Part shown: one piece after another, positions 26,750-41,157 of the stretch | Layout: every line of letters starts with the position of its first letter | Position numbering within the stretch: the first letter of the stretch is position 1 | Origin: Haliotis rubra | Taxonomy: Eukaryota | Length of the DNA: 64,000 nt | Reading direction: 5' to 3' | Assembly (NCBI RefSeq): GCF_003918875.1 | Contig: NW_025766225.1 | Location: 3,720,001 to 3,784,000, forward strand | The notes under the pieces: model-generated | Told to the model about the DNA's origin: nothing | Databases searched by the model: none | Seen by the model: only the letters and a program-made list of their open reading frames with translations | Made by a program: the position numbers and the translations under genes

Positions 26750-27832
26750 AAGTTTTTCCATTTGTAACATGTCATAATATCCCCATAGCTTTTTCTTCTA
26801 TATTTTCATTTTTACGTAATCGGAAAATTATTTTAAAACAGATTTCTCAAATAATATGTATGGTCGTCTATTTCCCGATATCAGTGCCTTTCCGCTCGGT
26901 AACGTGATACAACAGCAGGAAATACCTCGGTTTTCGAAGCTTCGTATGAATAACATGCGAGGTGATTCGTTTGATGGCGGGTATCGTTCGAAAGCTCTGA
27001 GCATCAAGAATATCACTGTACCCTTACCAAGAGTATTTTCACAGTTGTAAGAAGTGATTTTATTGGATAAAAATTGGTTTCTAATGACGCTTTTTCGCCA
27101 CAGTCTGATATAAGGAGCGTGATTGGTCACGTGACCTAAGGCAGCCAATCATACTACAGCAATGGACACCGTCCCCGTAAACGAAAACTAATGTTTCAGA
27201 CGAAAGTTTTGGGTAAAATCACGCTATTCTGAATGTGTTACGCAATAAATCACCACCTATACGTAAATTATGGAACTTAGTGGACGCATTGTGCTAGGTT
27301 ATGACCTGTGACAAAAATGCTTCATGCATATATTTTAGCATTAAACATCTTTTCTGAGCGTGAAGTTCGAGGCGACGAAAGTCCAGATGTCACTTGAATT
27401 ACATTTCACGATAGCTCAAAAAGATGGAAATAGTAAGTTATAATGTACATTTGACAACATTTATGAGTACTGTTGTGGATTTTATTCATCAGTTTATTCA
27501 GTTTGTTTAATTATTTTCTTGAAACATCGTTACTTTGCTCTTTGAAAACTTTGTTGTGGACCCGTTGCCGAAGCATGTGTCCGAGAATTGCTTTTTTCAA
27601 TAACATTGCGAAAAATAGTTTATAATTATAATCCTGTCAATAATATATGGTCATTTGAAATTTAATAAGTGTTTTCAGACATTGTGAAAAGTGACATATT
27701 TGATAAAAGAATCATATGTTAGTTAGGTTCCTAAAATTAAAGATCATTTTGATGCGACTACTGCCTGGCCGGTTTACCGGCCTACGGTATCTGGGGACTC
27801 GTGACGTCTACCGGCCTACGGTGTTGAATGGG
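26750..27832 (-). mobile_element. Related piggyBac-like element, inverted, one end truncated or diverged
   Basis: Reverse-complement similarity to copy 1; ends GGTGTTGAATGGG-TTAA. Left boundary approximate. Confidence 0.78.
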
Positions 27833-27862
27833 TTAATAAAAACTTTCAGGTTTCAGGTAATA

Positions 27863-28018
27863 GTCAGTGAGTATGGTTTTACGCCGCTTTTAGCAATATT
27901 CCAGCAATATCACAGCGGGGGACACCAGAAATGGGCTTCACACATTGTACCCATGTGGGGAATCGAGCCAGGGTCTTCAGCATCACGAGCTGACGCTTTA
28001 ACCACCAGGCTACCGCCC
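27863..28018 (-). mobile_element. SINE family A copy
   Basis: TSD TTCAGGTAATA. Confidence 0.82.
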
Positions 28019-28489
28019 TTCAGGTAATAACAGGTTACTTTCTACAGCTGATAACACAGCCATGTTTCGGATGCTCTCCACACAAACAGGGCGGTGCCTG
28101 TAGTCAGATCGCTGGACAGTGTATCTGTTGTGTTGCTAATTACCCTGGCCCATGCTTGCCACATAAGCAGTTTGTGCTCTCTGAGCAGGCCTAACCTGTT
28201 GGCATCATTGATTCGTGCTACTCAGTGTCTAGACAACCAGGTCTTTGCCACACAAGCAGAAAACATCAAACTTTCATGAACTGACCTTGCCATATTGTAT
28301 AAGCTGGACAAATCAGAATGGTTCAGGAAGAGTGTGACCTGTCCATTCCAGAATGACCTGTCATTATCCAGAGATTAGTGGAGACAGCAGGGTAATGCTT
28401 CAGCCAGTACATCAGGTGGCAGAGGGGCAGATTACGTCCAACGAAGTGCATTCGGTTTATGAGACTGCTATGGACAAGGTGACCGTGTC

Positions 28490-28830
28490 CTGACAACGCT
28501 TTCAGTATTCCAAGCCATCTCAAGACGTCAGGAAAAACTGGTTCCTCCAGGCATTACAACTTTTGGTCCTTTTATTTGTCCTTTCCAAACATGGTTTCAA
28601 TTTGGTAATACACTACTACAAGACACTGAAGAAGCACTATTTTCACATATGATTATTGTGAATGTTTCTGAGACAATGCTCTCAGTGTTCCAAGCCATCT
28701 CAAGACAACAGGAATCACTCGTGCCAAGGAAATACAGCTGTGTGTCCTTTTAATACATTTTGTTAATTCTATTATTCACTACCAAAAATAACTCAAAGAA
28801 GAAGTGATTTTTTCAAACATTATTTGTCAA
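28490..28830. repeat. Diverged tandem duplication, about 180-bp unit
   Basis: Two copies of TTCCAAGCCATCTCAAGAC with similar flanks. Confidence 0.6.
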
Positions 28831-31479
28831 TTTTTTCCACAACAGTCTCCGTGATCCCAGCAATCTTGAGTCTCGAATAATCTCTAGTTCACCAACACCA
28901 CATAGGTATGGTCACATAAAATACAATCATACATTCTCTAGCTTCCTTTCAGAAACACAGTTCAGTTCACTGACTGGTTGGTCGATAATGTACAGCTGTG
29001 GGTATGTTTTCACTACTAGGCTTGAAATCAGTAATAGCGTTGTAGGAATCAATTTGACGAACTTGAAAGGACTTGCACCATGTGCATGTTAGCACCGAAC
29101 CAAACCAGACTGCATCCCAGTCCCATACATTTATCAAAGGTAAAACTTAAGCTGGTCTGCTGCCAATCACACAATAATTAATGAATCATTGCAGTAAAAC
29201 GTTACTGGAACATGAGCACATAATCTTGACTTACCCACAAGTGGTTGATGTCAAGCCTAAGAACATTATAAGTAACACAGGGACTAGCGATGCAGTATGG
29301 CAAATGAGCTTTGGACGTATTGAGTGCATTCAATGATCGATTTCGTGAGTTCACAAGTACAGGTTAGTCAGACACAAATTTGAAAGATTTTGACATTCAC
29401 TTGGTGCGAGTAGACATAATTATTAGGTTATTGTCTTCCATGTTTTATCTAGCTAAATCGATCCGTTTAGGTCACTGTGAAAAAATGTCCTTCAGCAAGT
29501 GAACCTGGGTTGGAAACTGGCATAATAAGCCTGCTTGCCAGAATCAGTTACCAAATGTTAATGGTATCAAGTGCTCGTTGAGCATCACGATTATTCGGGG
29601 GCGTCTCTATCTCTATGGGCAAGATGCATTGTATATGAATTCTACTGCTGGTGTCTACAGTACAAGCAGCACCCTCACAGCAATATCCATCTGCTACTAG
29701 ATTTTACAGTCTGCAAAAACACAACAATAACCTGGCGAGTTTAACTCTGACTTTCTGCTACTTAATTCTAATGTCAGCAACAACATAGCAATATCCTGGT
29801 GTACTGTGGGCAATGTAAGCTGATACACTGGTACTCAATGAGTGGTTGACAGAGTCAGAAACAATCCACATTGCTGGCATATGAGGACAGACTGTTAAAT
29901 ATAGGGTTTGTGGTTCTTGGTAGGAATTCATCTAAGAACAATTCAACAAACCCATCAATAACATTTCCTGCAAATTGGTCTCGATTAGACAATCAGATTT
30001 CCACCAATTCCCACCTCGATGTCAGCAGACAGACACCGAATGTTGATATAAAGGTGATCAACTCTCACACCCTTCAAGATCTACAACCAACATCGGCTGA
30101 ACCTATTTCACAGTCAAACACACTCTACAACATTACCGTTACTTAATGTTGCCAACATCCATCAGATAACAATCAATGGCATCCTAGCAGTTCAATTTCT
30201 GTTGACACTACAGCTTTACGACCACTCAAACAAACAGTCCATACCGACAGGGAACACAAGGACTACACTGCATGTTCTGGAGGAAATGAGTTGTTCCAGG
30301 TCTCTGGTGGTACCAGTTCACAGAGGGACAGGATTATTTATTTCATATTTGTCTTTGAGGATAGAACTCAATGCCAAACACAACCTTGATTACTGCCATT
30401 TCTTATCATTAAAAAATAGAACAAGACAGTCAGATCATGCCTTGTCTTTTTAGAAATCTGCAGGTAAAAAACTAACTGATATTGCTATTAGAAATCATCC
30501 ACAAAACTTTGTCCTTGACACTGCTTACAAACTGCACTAACCACGGCTCTTGTGATATCACAGAATGAATGAATCTACCAGAGCTGAAATTGAATGATTC
30601 ATTCACCAATTTCTTCAACAAGGAAATTCCATACTTTATTGGATCAAGATGCACTGCGCGCAAGAACAACACGCAATAGTTCACAGAGTGAATATTTCAT
30701 AAAAGCACAAGCAACTATAATGCTGGTCCAACAAGACGATCACTATTGACATAACAAATACTGAACAAATGCAGTACAAACACAGAGTGGAACTTGCCCT
30801 AATAGCGCGCCAATGGTGAGACACCATCTTCAGGTTGCTATGACTCATAAGGAAACAGCCAGACAGGGCTTGGAAACATTGTGAGAACACGCAGAATAGG
30901 GTCTTGTTTAACAAGAACAGCAATCAGCATTAACTGACTTACAATAGCCAGGTTCAGGAGACCCAAAGAATGAATTTCAAGAGTACTGTACAGGGTGTTT
31001 AGATAATTATTTCTATTTATATGTTGTTTATATTTCTTGAAGAATTTATTGTCACTTATGCCAATCTTAATATTATTGAAAAATGTATGATCCCCACAAT
31101 CTATCTCATCTTCTCATGTGTTAACTTGATAATGTATCCTATGTATGTGCTTCCAGTGTCTAGACTAATCTGCCGCTGCCGCTGCTGCTGCTCACTTGGT
31201 GAGGCAGAGTCTGGGATGGATCATTGATCGTGTGGACAGTGGTCATGATTGATGGATGACAGACACCCATGACAGCTCTTAAAGAAAAAACCCTCAACAA
31301 ATAAAATTGTTTTTCTGCTTACATAACAGTGATTTTGAAGCCTATAAAAATCAGTAGGACAAATGTCCTGAGTGGGTGTCTGGCTATAGGCCATTGACCT
31401 AAAGCTCTTCTTAACATTTTTTTAAATCCCAATGCCATCATATAACTAAATTGTTAATGACATTTAATGTTGCAACTTG

Positions 31480-32428
31480 GATTCTAGATATACAGCAAAC
31501 TTAAAAGATCTAATCCCACTGTTGATAAATATGAAATTTATTTTTCTAATATTTTTCAAATAATACAACTACAACTTAAATAAATTGATTTTCTAATGAA
31601 AATGCAAGCATTTATAATGTCCGGGAGATATCACAAAAGAAGCAAAAACTATGGCGATTGTTTTCCATTTGTGACATGTCATAACATCCCCGTGCCTTTT
31701 TTTAAATATTTTTATTTTTACGTAATCAGAAAATGATTATATAAAGATTTCTTAAATAATGTGTATGGTCGCCTATTTCCCGATATCAGTGGCTTTCCGC
31801 TTTCAAAGTTTTCAAAGCTTCGTATGAATAACATGCAAGGCGAATCATTTGATGGCGGGTATCGTTCGACAGCTCTGAACATCAACAATATCACTATACC
31901 CTTGCTGAGAGTATTTTCACAGTTGTAAGAAGCGATTTTATTGGATAAAGATTGGTTTCTATTGACGCTTTTTTGCCACAGTCTGCTATAAGGGTCGTGA
32001 TTGGTTAAAATCAGACACGTGACATGAGGCAGCCAATCATATTATGGCAATGAAAAACGTCCTCGTAAATGAAGACTTTTATATTTAGACGAAAGTTTTG
32101 GGTAAAATAATGCTATTCTGAACATATTAAGCAAGAAATCGCTATCTATACGTAAATTATGGGATTTATTAGACGTATGGTGCTAGGTTATGACCTGTGA
32201 CAAAAATGCTTCATGCATATATTTTCGCATTAAACATCGTGTCCAAGCGTGAAGATTGAGGCGGTGAAAGCCGAGATGTCACTTGTCAGTGACTTGACTT
32301 ACATTACATGATTGCACAAAAAGATGGAAATAGTAATTTTATATGTACGTTTGACAACTTTTATGAATGCTATTGTCGATTTTATTCACTAGTTTATTCA
32401 ATGTATATAATGATTTCCTTGAAACATT
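31480..32428 (-). mobile_element. Internal fragment of the same piggyBac-like family, inverted
   Basis: Reverse-complement similarity to about 18340-19290; no TIRs seen; boundaries approximate. Confidence 0.72.
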
Positions 32429-33129
32429 TTTACATTGGGGTGGGGTCGGGAAAACCCGTTTCTGATTGTCCAATGCTTAAAATAGCAGCCAATCGCGCAA
32501 TCCATTACATGTACATTTGGCAGCTTATTGTGATAAAAATGGATGCGTAAATACATACACGCCGCGGAAACATGATCAAGATTTCGTGGTTTTTGATGAA
32601 TTTGTAAATGATAAGGTTCGTAATTTATTAGGTCCAATATGTGAAAATAACATTAACATTAAATTAGTAAGAAAGTAGTCTGTCATTTGAAAATGTTATC
32701 GGACTATGACCGAAGGCCGATGACAATCTGAAACCATGCATAATATTTGTTCCAATCTTCAGAAGCTGAATGCCTTTTATTTACCCAAAAGTTGCAAACA
32801 GTGCACTGACACTAAGTGACTCAAGCAGGAAATTCTGTAACTGATCGCTCTGCAACTTGTGAATGTCTTTATCTAAAAGAATTATCACTGTATTAGTCAG
32901 TTCTATATCAATTGGTTATTTATATTTTTCTTTTGGTGTTTAGAGCACCTTACTCAGCAATATACCAGCTACATGACAGGTGTGTAAAAAAATCTAGTCT
33001 GGATCACACAATCAAGCGACCAGCATCATGAGCATCAATCGACGCAATTGGCGTCATACAATGAAGTCAATCAACCTCACCAATGCTGATCACATAAGCT
33101 TGTTACAACTAACATTGTTGCATCTTAGA

Positions 33130-33486
33130 GGTGAGGTGAGGTGAAATTGGGTTTAACGTCGTGCTTGAGAATATTTCGCTCATATGACGACGTGCATGTG
33201 TGTGTATGTGTATGTGCGGTTGCTTGTACTAGCCCAGACTTAAGCTGGTTTTATAGTGCTAGCTCACTGAGATACCATGTCGCAGTGAAGCATGAATACC
33301 CCACTCAGACACCTTTTACTGACTCCGGGCTGACCAGTCCTTGTTGTACCCATTAATGCCGGGCGCCAGGCAGGGACCAACAAGTACCATATTTTAACGT
33401 CTTTTGGTATGACGCGGTCGGGGATCAAACCCGCAACCTTCCGCTCTCCGGGCGGACGCTCTAACCACTACACCACGGAGGCGGTC
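33130..33486 (-). mobile_element. SINE family B copy
   Basis: 14-bp TSD TGTTGCATCTTAGA; near-identical to the 20068 copy. Confidence 0.88.
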
Positions 33487-33952
33487 TGTTGCATCTTAGA
33501 AGAAATGGTGGTTGCTTCACAGGTCATCCATCCAACTGTCAGTTACACCAGCTATCACCAGTCACACATTAGCCATTTGCTAAACCTGAGAAATCTCAAG
33601 TGATTATATTTTCGGTGCAGCTGATCCAATCTTACTATGAAAGTTGTGTGGGTTTTGCCAGATACATTTGATTTGTCATCCTTGAGTTATGGCTACAAGT
33701 GCATCAACAAAGATTTTCTTAGATCTTAACCTTTCTTGTTCTATTCATTACGAGATAACACATTAGCTGGCACTGACAACAGTCCATGGGCGTGCATTAC
33801 GATTACCCTATTGGCATAATTGATGGCACAAGACTAATGGTGTTTGCTTAATGCAGTTCAGGCTATTTATAGCTACTGGAAAACCAAACAGGTTCAATAA
33901 CAAGCTGTGTATAACAGGTAGAATTTATCTGACTTTTGTGTCCCAGTCAGGA

Positions 33953-34294
33953 CGATTGCCTCCGTGTTGTGGTTAGAACGTCCGCCCGGAGAGTTGAAGG
34001 TCGCGGGTTTGATCCCCGGTCGCAGCATACCAAAAGACGTTGAAATATGGTACTTGTTGGTCCCTGCCTGGCGATTGATGGGTACATCAAGGACTGGTCG
34101 GCTCAGAGTCAGTATAATGTGTCTGAGTGGGGTATTCATGCTTCACTGCGGCATGATATCTCAGTGGGCTAGCACTATAAAACCAGCTTAAGTCTGGGCT
34201 AGTACAAGCAGTCGCACATACACATACACACGAATGAACGTTGTCATATGAGTGAAATATTCTCAAGCACGATGTTAAACCCAAATTCACCTCA
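33953..34294 (+). mobile_element. SINE family B copy, opposite orientation
   Basis: 11-bp TSD CCCAGTCAGGA. Confidence 0.85.
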
Positions 34295-34921
34295 CCCAGT
34301 CAGGAAACAATATTTCCTTCTTTTCTGCTACAATTCTCCACATTGATGTGTACTGGATGCCTGTTTAATCACTGTACCAAACCCTGAGCAATACAGACCC
34401 ATCTAAAGATGAACCTATTTCAAACTGCTGATGTGAAACATGCACAGAGAAGAGCAACATCAAAGATTTCATCACACAAAGCTTTGACTACTGACCAGAG
34501 GAGAATTATCAAGAATCAGAGCTGATTAAGACATGTTCCAGTTTCTTGTGCTCTCTAAGTATGGTTGTGTCAAAATCAAACTTTTCATCTGCAATATTTC
34601 TGGTATCTTTCAGTCAGTTTAACAAGGGACATAATGAGCTTTGCTTATGCTTATGAGACAGGAAACAGGCTTAGAGGTCAATACCTTTTTCACAAGTCGG
34701 TAAATCCATCTATAGATCTGCTACAGATTTGCCATCTGCCTGAAGGCAAAGTGGCAGTGCACCAATTTTTCCACATATTAACTTGTTACAAAACATAAAA
34801 AGATAAGAACACTTCATCTAACATGCCATGATAATATCTCATCATGATCTCATCAATGAATGAGTGATTGCATATTGCTCATCTCTCTATCAACTATTCC
34901 CACTAGCTCAAGGCAGTATGA

Positions 34922-35268
34922 GGTGGAATTGGGTTTAACGTCGTGCTTGAGAAAAGTTCGCTCATATGACAACACGCACGCGTGTGTATGTGTATATGCG
35001 GCTGCTTGTACTAGCCCAGACTGAAGCTGGTTTTATAGTGCTAGCCCACTGAGATACCATGCCGCAGTGAAGCATGAATACCCCACTCAGACACATTATA
35101 CTGACTCTGAGCCGACCAGTCCTTGTTGTACCCATTAATGCCGAGCGCCAGGCTAGGACCAACAAGTAGCATATTTTAACGTCTTTTGGTATGACGCAGT
35201 CGGGGATCGAACCCGTGACCTACCGCACTCCGGGCGGACGCTCTAACCACTACACCACGGAGGCGGTC
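34922..35268 (-). mobile_element. SINE family B copy
   Basis: TSD AAGGCA(G/A)TATGA. Confidence 0.85.
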
Positions 35269-35439
35269 TAAGGCAATATGAACAACCATCTGCAAGTAGC
35301 ATGACACAGACAAGTTATCTTATAGTTTGAGCAGCTCATAGATAAGCATGGTCTGCCAGGGATATAATCTGCACTGCAAGTAACCTAATCTGCAAAATAC
35401 TTATGCCATCAAAGAACTAATTCATCACATTTAAACCAT

Positions 35440-35810
35440 CAGGGAACCTAATCCACTAGCAACCTAATCTGTCTGGGACCTAAACAGGGACCTAAACCAC
35501 CAGTCACCCTATCCATTAGGGACCGTAATCCAGTAATTGTCAGGAACCTAATCCACCATGGACCTTAGCAGTCAGGAACCTAATCCACCAGGGACCTTAG
35601 CAGTCAGGAACCTAATCCACCAGGAACCTAATCCTCTCATTCTCAAGTCCTAATCTGTAAAGAACTCAGCCATCCGGGACCTTAGCAGTCAGGAACCTAA
35701 TCCACCATGGACCTTAGCAGTCAGGAACCTAATCCACCAGGGACCTACGCCTCTCAAGTCCTAATCTGTCAAGGAACTCAGCCATGAGGAACCTTATCTG
35801 TCAGGGACAA
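35440..35810. repeat. Minisatellite, 32-bp unit built from two 16-bp subunits
   Basis: Repeated AGGAACCTAATCCACCAGGGACCTTAGCAGTC. Confidence 0.85.
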
Positions 35811-35910
35811 AGCCTTATCAGACCTATGATGTCAAGTACCTGATCTGCCACAGAACTCAGTTTCAAGGGAACTGATCATCCTGGGAAATCAGCTTTAATT
35901 AAGGGACCTG

Positions 35911-36021
35911 GGTCTCCTTTCATGAAGCAACATTTACTAAGGTTAATCTCCCATTCTTTAACATTGCACTAAGGTTACCCTAGTGACTTATAATCACCTT
36001 AGTGCTTTGTGAACGGAGGCC
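35911..36021. mobile_element. Diverged palindromic MITE, Harbinger-like
   Basis: GGTCTCCTTTCATGAAGCA / TGCTTTGTGAACGGAGGCC ends; CTG TSD. Similar decayed copies cluster at about 55790-56110. Confidence 0.55.
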
Positions 36022-36215
36022 CTGAACCATAAGTAGCATAAGCTATTGAGGACCTTAAGCTCTAACAGAACTTATCCATGAGCTACCTAATCATCCGCAT
36101 TAGGAACCTATGAGGACAGTGATTCTTCCATCATCGTGTAAATATGCTTGTTTGCAAGAATGCAACAGCATGTCCTGACCAAAACATGTTCATGACTTTC
36201 AAACTTTACATGTGT

Positions 36216-36379
36216 GAGTGAGTGAGTTTGATTTTACGCCACTTTTAGCAATATTCCAACAATATCACGGCGGGGGACACCAGAAATGGGCTTCACACAT
36301 TGTACCCCTGTGGGGAATAGAACTCGGGCCTTTGGCGTGACGAGCGAACGCTGTACCCACTAGGCTACCCCACCGCTCC
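36216..36379 (-). mobile_element. Short tRNA-derived SINE family A (about 165 bp)
   Basis: tRNA-like A box and diverged B box on the minus strand, (CACT)n tail, 16-bp TSD CAAACTTTACATGTGT. Confidence 0.85.
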
Positions 36380-37821
36380 CAAACTTTACATGTGTAACTA
36401 CAAAATCTGTAAAAGGGAACATCTTCCCACTTAAATAGACCCTAGTTGACAACTGTGCATTACTTAGAGTATTTGAATAGCATCTAGAAGTGTATCACAT
36501 CTCGTGTTACTTGTGCTGATAAAAACACGAACATGATACACTGACATTGACAAATGTATTTTCTATTCACATGTGCCACAGGGCACTTCCAAAGGTGTTT
36601 GAGTATGCTGTTATTTGCACCATGAAGAAAAAATATTTATGATCCATTGTGATACTTGCTCAATGACTTCACCATTAGAGGTACAAAAAGGGGTTGCACT
36701 TTTAAACTTCCTCCTATTCTTTGAACTCAAACATTTAGTTTCATAATCTCCAGGTGTATTTTTCATACATTATATTGCACATTACTTTTGTGGAAGAATA
36801 TGTTTGTCTGTTTGACTCAGCAACAGTCCAGTTGCATTATGCCAATCTGTAAAAAATCGAGTCTTTACCAGACAATTTAGCGGTTTACATCATGAACATC
36901 AATCTAAGCCATTGGTAGAAACTGACATACATCAACCATGCCAGTGTCAGTCTCAGCACAATCACAGTATAACTTCCTGAAGGCCAATTCTAACTGATGT
37001 TCATGGGTCTGAAAGAACTTTACAACTGGCATGGTTTAAAAAACATCATCATAACATACACCAATATTTCTACAACATAATGGCTTGTACTTGTGCCCAT
37101 CAGGTATCATATTTCAACTGTGCCATTGTAATTCAACTGCTCCAGTGGCATCAGGAATATCAGAGCCTGATTGTGTCTGACCACGTTTCCCAGAGACAGT
37201 GTATCATGATACAACATAGCCCTACGATTTTAAACAAACAAGACCAACTCCAGATCTAATCTATATTGCACCATGTTCCTCAGCCAAAGAGTTCATTAAT
37301 CAGTACCAGACCCGGTGGTGTCCTGCTATCTTCTCCAACAGCTAACGGTGAAAATGACCACTTTGATCAGACAAATTATAACATCAATACACAGTGGCCA
37401 ACTAGAGCTATATTCAGCTAAGTATCCATGGTAATCATGGCATTAAGAACACAAAGAGTCCTAATAATGGATAACTAATGTTCTTACAAGGGATTCAAAT
37501 CAACCTGACAATAAGACTTTTATATAAGAGGGCTTAGTGAGCTACCTGTGCCAGCCCCATTTTCAACTCTATCAAAGTTTGGCCAAGGCCATAAGATGAG
37601 GTTGATAACGAAAAGCAAAAATATAACGAGCGCAACACATCTCATCAAGCAACATTAAGACAACACTGAGCAGATGCTTTCAAAGGAATTAAAAAGTACA
37701 ATTTCAGATAACATGACTTAACAAAAATGACTTTGTACAAAACTCACAAAAGTGTCAAGACAAAAAGTAGTCCCTGGAGGTAAATATTTTTCAAGAAAAC
37801 CACTCCACAGTTTCCCCTTAA

Positions 37822-39223
37822 CCCTTTCAACACCGCAGGCCGCTTAAGCGTTATGAGTCCCCAGACACCGGAGGCCGCTTAAGCGGCCAGGCAGTAGTCA
37901 CGTCAAAATGAGACATAATTTTAGGAACTTACCTGACTTCTGATTCATATATTAAATCCATCACATTTCACAATGTCTGGAAACACTTATTAAATTTCAA
38001 ATGATCATATATTATCGGCAGAATTAAAATTATTAACTATTTTTCGCAATGTAATTGAAAACAACGATTCTCGGACACATGCTTCGGGAGCGGGTCCACA
38101 ATAACATTGTCAAAGAGCAAAGTAACGATGTTTCGAGGAAATGATTAAATAAATAGAATAAACTAATGAATAAAATCAACAACAGCATTCATAAAAGTTG
38201 TCAAACGTACATATAAAATTACTTTTTCCATCTTTTTGTGCGATCATGTAATGCAAGTCAAGTCACTGACAAGTGACATCTCGCTCGCCGCCTCAATCTT
38301 CACATTTCGGACCACGATGTTTAATGCGAAAATATATGCATGAAGCATTTTTGTCACAGGTCATAACCTAGCACGATACGTCCAATAAGTCCCATAATTT
38401 ACGTATATGTAGCGATTTCTTGCTTAATATGTTCAGAATAGCATTATTTTACCCAAAACTTTCGTCTAAATCTAAAAGTTTTCGTTTACGAGGACGGTAT
38501 CCATTGCCGTAATATGATTGGCTGCCTTAGGTCACATGTCTAATTTTGACCAATCACGACCCTTATAGCAGACTGTAGCGAAAAAGCGTCATTAGAAACC
38601 AATTTTTATCCAATAAAATCGCTTCTTACAACTGTGAAAATACTCTCGGCAAGGATTCAGTGATGTTGTTGATGTTCAGAGCTTTCGAGCGATACCGGCA
38701 TCAAGCGATTAAGCCTCCCACGTTATTCATAATGAAGCTTCGAAAACGGAGGTATTTTCCGTTGTTATGTCATGTTACCGGCGAAAGCGACAGATATCGG
38801 GAAATAGGCTGACCATACATATTATTTAAGAAATCTTTTTATAATAATTTTCTGATTACGTAAAGTGAAAATATAAAAGAAAAAGGCACGGGCATGTTAT
38901 GACATGTCACAAATGGAAAAAAATCGCCTTAGTTTTTGCTTCTTTCGTGGTTTATCTGGACGTTATAAATGTAAGCTTGCATTTTCATTCAAAATAATTT
39001 TATTTAAGTTGTAGTTGTATTATTTGAATAATATTATAAAAATAAACTTCATATTTATCAACAGTAGGATTAGATCTTTTAAATGGTGTATGAGATGTAG
39101 TAGCGATAACGTTTTACAAGCTTATAATTTCCTTCATAAACATAGGCTTCATCATGACCTTAGAGTCTCTGGGAACTCGGTGTCATGGCAGTAAATGCCT
39201 CTGGTTGACTGGTGTTGAAAGAG
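37822..39223 (+). mobile_element. Non-autonomous piggyBac-like DNA transposon, copy 2
   Basis: TTAA TSD and same TIRs; colinear with copy 1. Confidence 0.88.
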
Positions 39224-39837
39224 TTAAGGTTATATGAGCTGTTCTTAATGGGGAGAGATCTGTAGAATGTGGCTGAGTGATCAAGCTGAGGCCATACTGC
39301 TTCTGTTGAAGCAATTTGGTGAAAAATAAGCATGCACATGCAAGGAAATCACAATTATGACACGGCTAGCTTTTACTACTCCATGCGAAAATAAACATAT
39401 ACAGAGTGCTAACAACACGGCAACTTGAGCATAACGGACTACAACACAGCTCATGAGTAATGTACACTAACCGCCTGCAAATCCAACAATTGTAGCATGG
39501 TTGAAAATGAAGGCAAAAATATTAGAATTATGGGTGAAAATATAAAAAGCACAAGAAACATTGCATTTTGAAAAAAAATCCATAAGCTGTAAGATGTGTA
39601 GCGCACTCAAGAGGTCTTTTGCTTGACAATTTGTGAAAGTTTTCACTTGGTGACACTATCTTGACTCATCTGCATTGTCAGATCTTGACAAATGACATTG
39701 TTTTTGCTGAATCCAAAAGGACCCTTGCAATAGGAAAAACTATTTGGACATGACTGAAAATGTTTTTGGAAAACTAAAATATGAGTCTGCTATCTGGTAT
39801 TTGTGGAACAGAAACTATCCAGACATCACCAATGGAG

Positions 39838-40112
39838 GACTGACTGACTTTGGTTTTACGCTGCTTTTAGCAATATTCCAGCAACATCACGGCTGGGGAC
39901 ACCAGAAATGGGCTTCACACATTGCACCCATGTGGGGACCAAAGGAGGAGTGAGTGATTATGGTTTTATGCAGCTTTCAGCATTATTCCAGCAATAATAT
40001 GGCAGGGGACACCAGAAATTGGCTTTAAAGATTCTATCCATGTGGCTTATCTATTCTTGTTCTTCAGCATGACGAGCGGATGCCTTAACCATTAGGCTAC
40101 CTCACTGCCCCC
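39838..40112 (-). mobile_element. Two adjacent SINE family A copies, one truncated
   Basis: Two GGGGACACCAGAAAT cores in tandem. Confidence 0.7.
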
Positions 40113-40890
40113 ACCAAAGGAAGAAGTTGTGAGTAAAAAAATGACTTCACACCACTTTCATTTGGCAAGATTAAGACTGGGAGACACCAGAAAAGGTTTT
40201 TTAAACAATGTGCCTGGACCACATCAAACCTGGACCTTCGCGGTTACAAGTGAAACCATATCACCAGGCTATCCCTACACCCTGGACAAAGGAACAAAAT
40301 ATATACAGAAGGTGACCCAATTCAAAATATCCTTTTAGCACAATATACAAATATAATCAGCTTGAATGCTTGTCGGGTTTTTTGAAAACACTATTCTAAT
40401 GCGTTCTGTGTTTGGCCTAAACTAGACAGTAGAAAGTGTGATGGTACTAGGTTTGAAATTACTCTAATTTGTGGCTCTGTTGTCAGACCCAGTCAGGCCA
40501 TTCCATTCCTCCATTCACAGATCAATATTAGAGTGTCAGTAGATGTCCCTGATAGTCTTATTATACAAGGTTATAGATGTGAGATATTCCTGACATCCTT
40601 CCCTTTCCTGAAATACAACACTGACGCAGCCACCGACCCTCCCATGTACATATTTCTGTGATGAGCATATGTCAGTGACCACTCCACGTCTAATGAGATC
40701 AGGTGTCACACACATGTCAGTGTCATTAGCCATGATGTGGTACATAAAACCCAGTGGCATGATACAAATATGTTACCATGGTATATTATAGTTATACAAC
40801 AGCAGACAGAGAAATATATATAGATCAGACAGAAGAATGTTAAATCCAAGTATCTTCTGGAACAAATGAGAATCCTGCAACTTACAATAG

Positions 40891-41157
40891 CAGTGTAGGA
40901 AAGATAGCCCGTCCCAACGTCCGAGACAGGTGAATTTTGTGGAGGACGGGTTAAAAAAATATCTAGTCCGTCCTCATGTCGGGTCAATTTTAGCAAACCA
41001 ATGACATATATATAATGATTATAACCTTTTTGAATATTTACTGCCGAAGGTGTTTTATTTATATTTGGAGGACAGGCTAGATTTTGGCACGACTGTTAAA
41101 ACATTTGACCTGCCAGTCCTGTGGACAGGCTAGATTTTCTACATCTTTCCTACACTG
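40891..41157. mobile_element. MITE with 15-bp TIR CAGTGTAGGAAAGAT
   Basis: Perfect TIR; ACAATA on both flanks. Confidence 0.7.

Noticed and set aside
35440-35810. CRISPR-like array (also 1478-1680)
   Set aside because: Eukaryotic context, units are contiguous without unique spacers, no cas genes; ordinary minisatellites.
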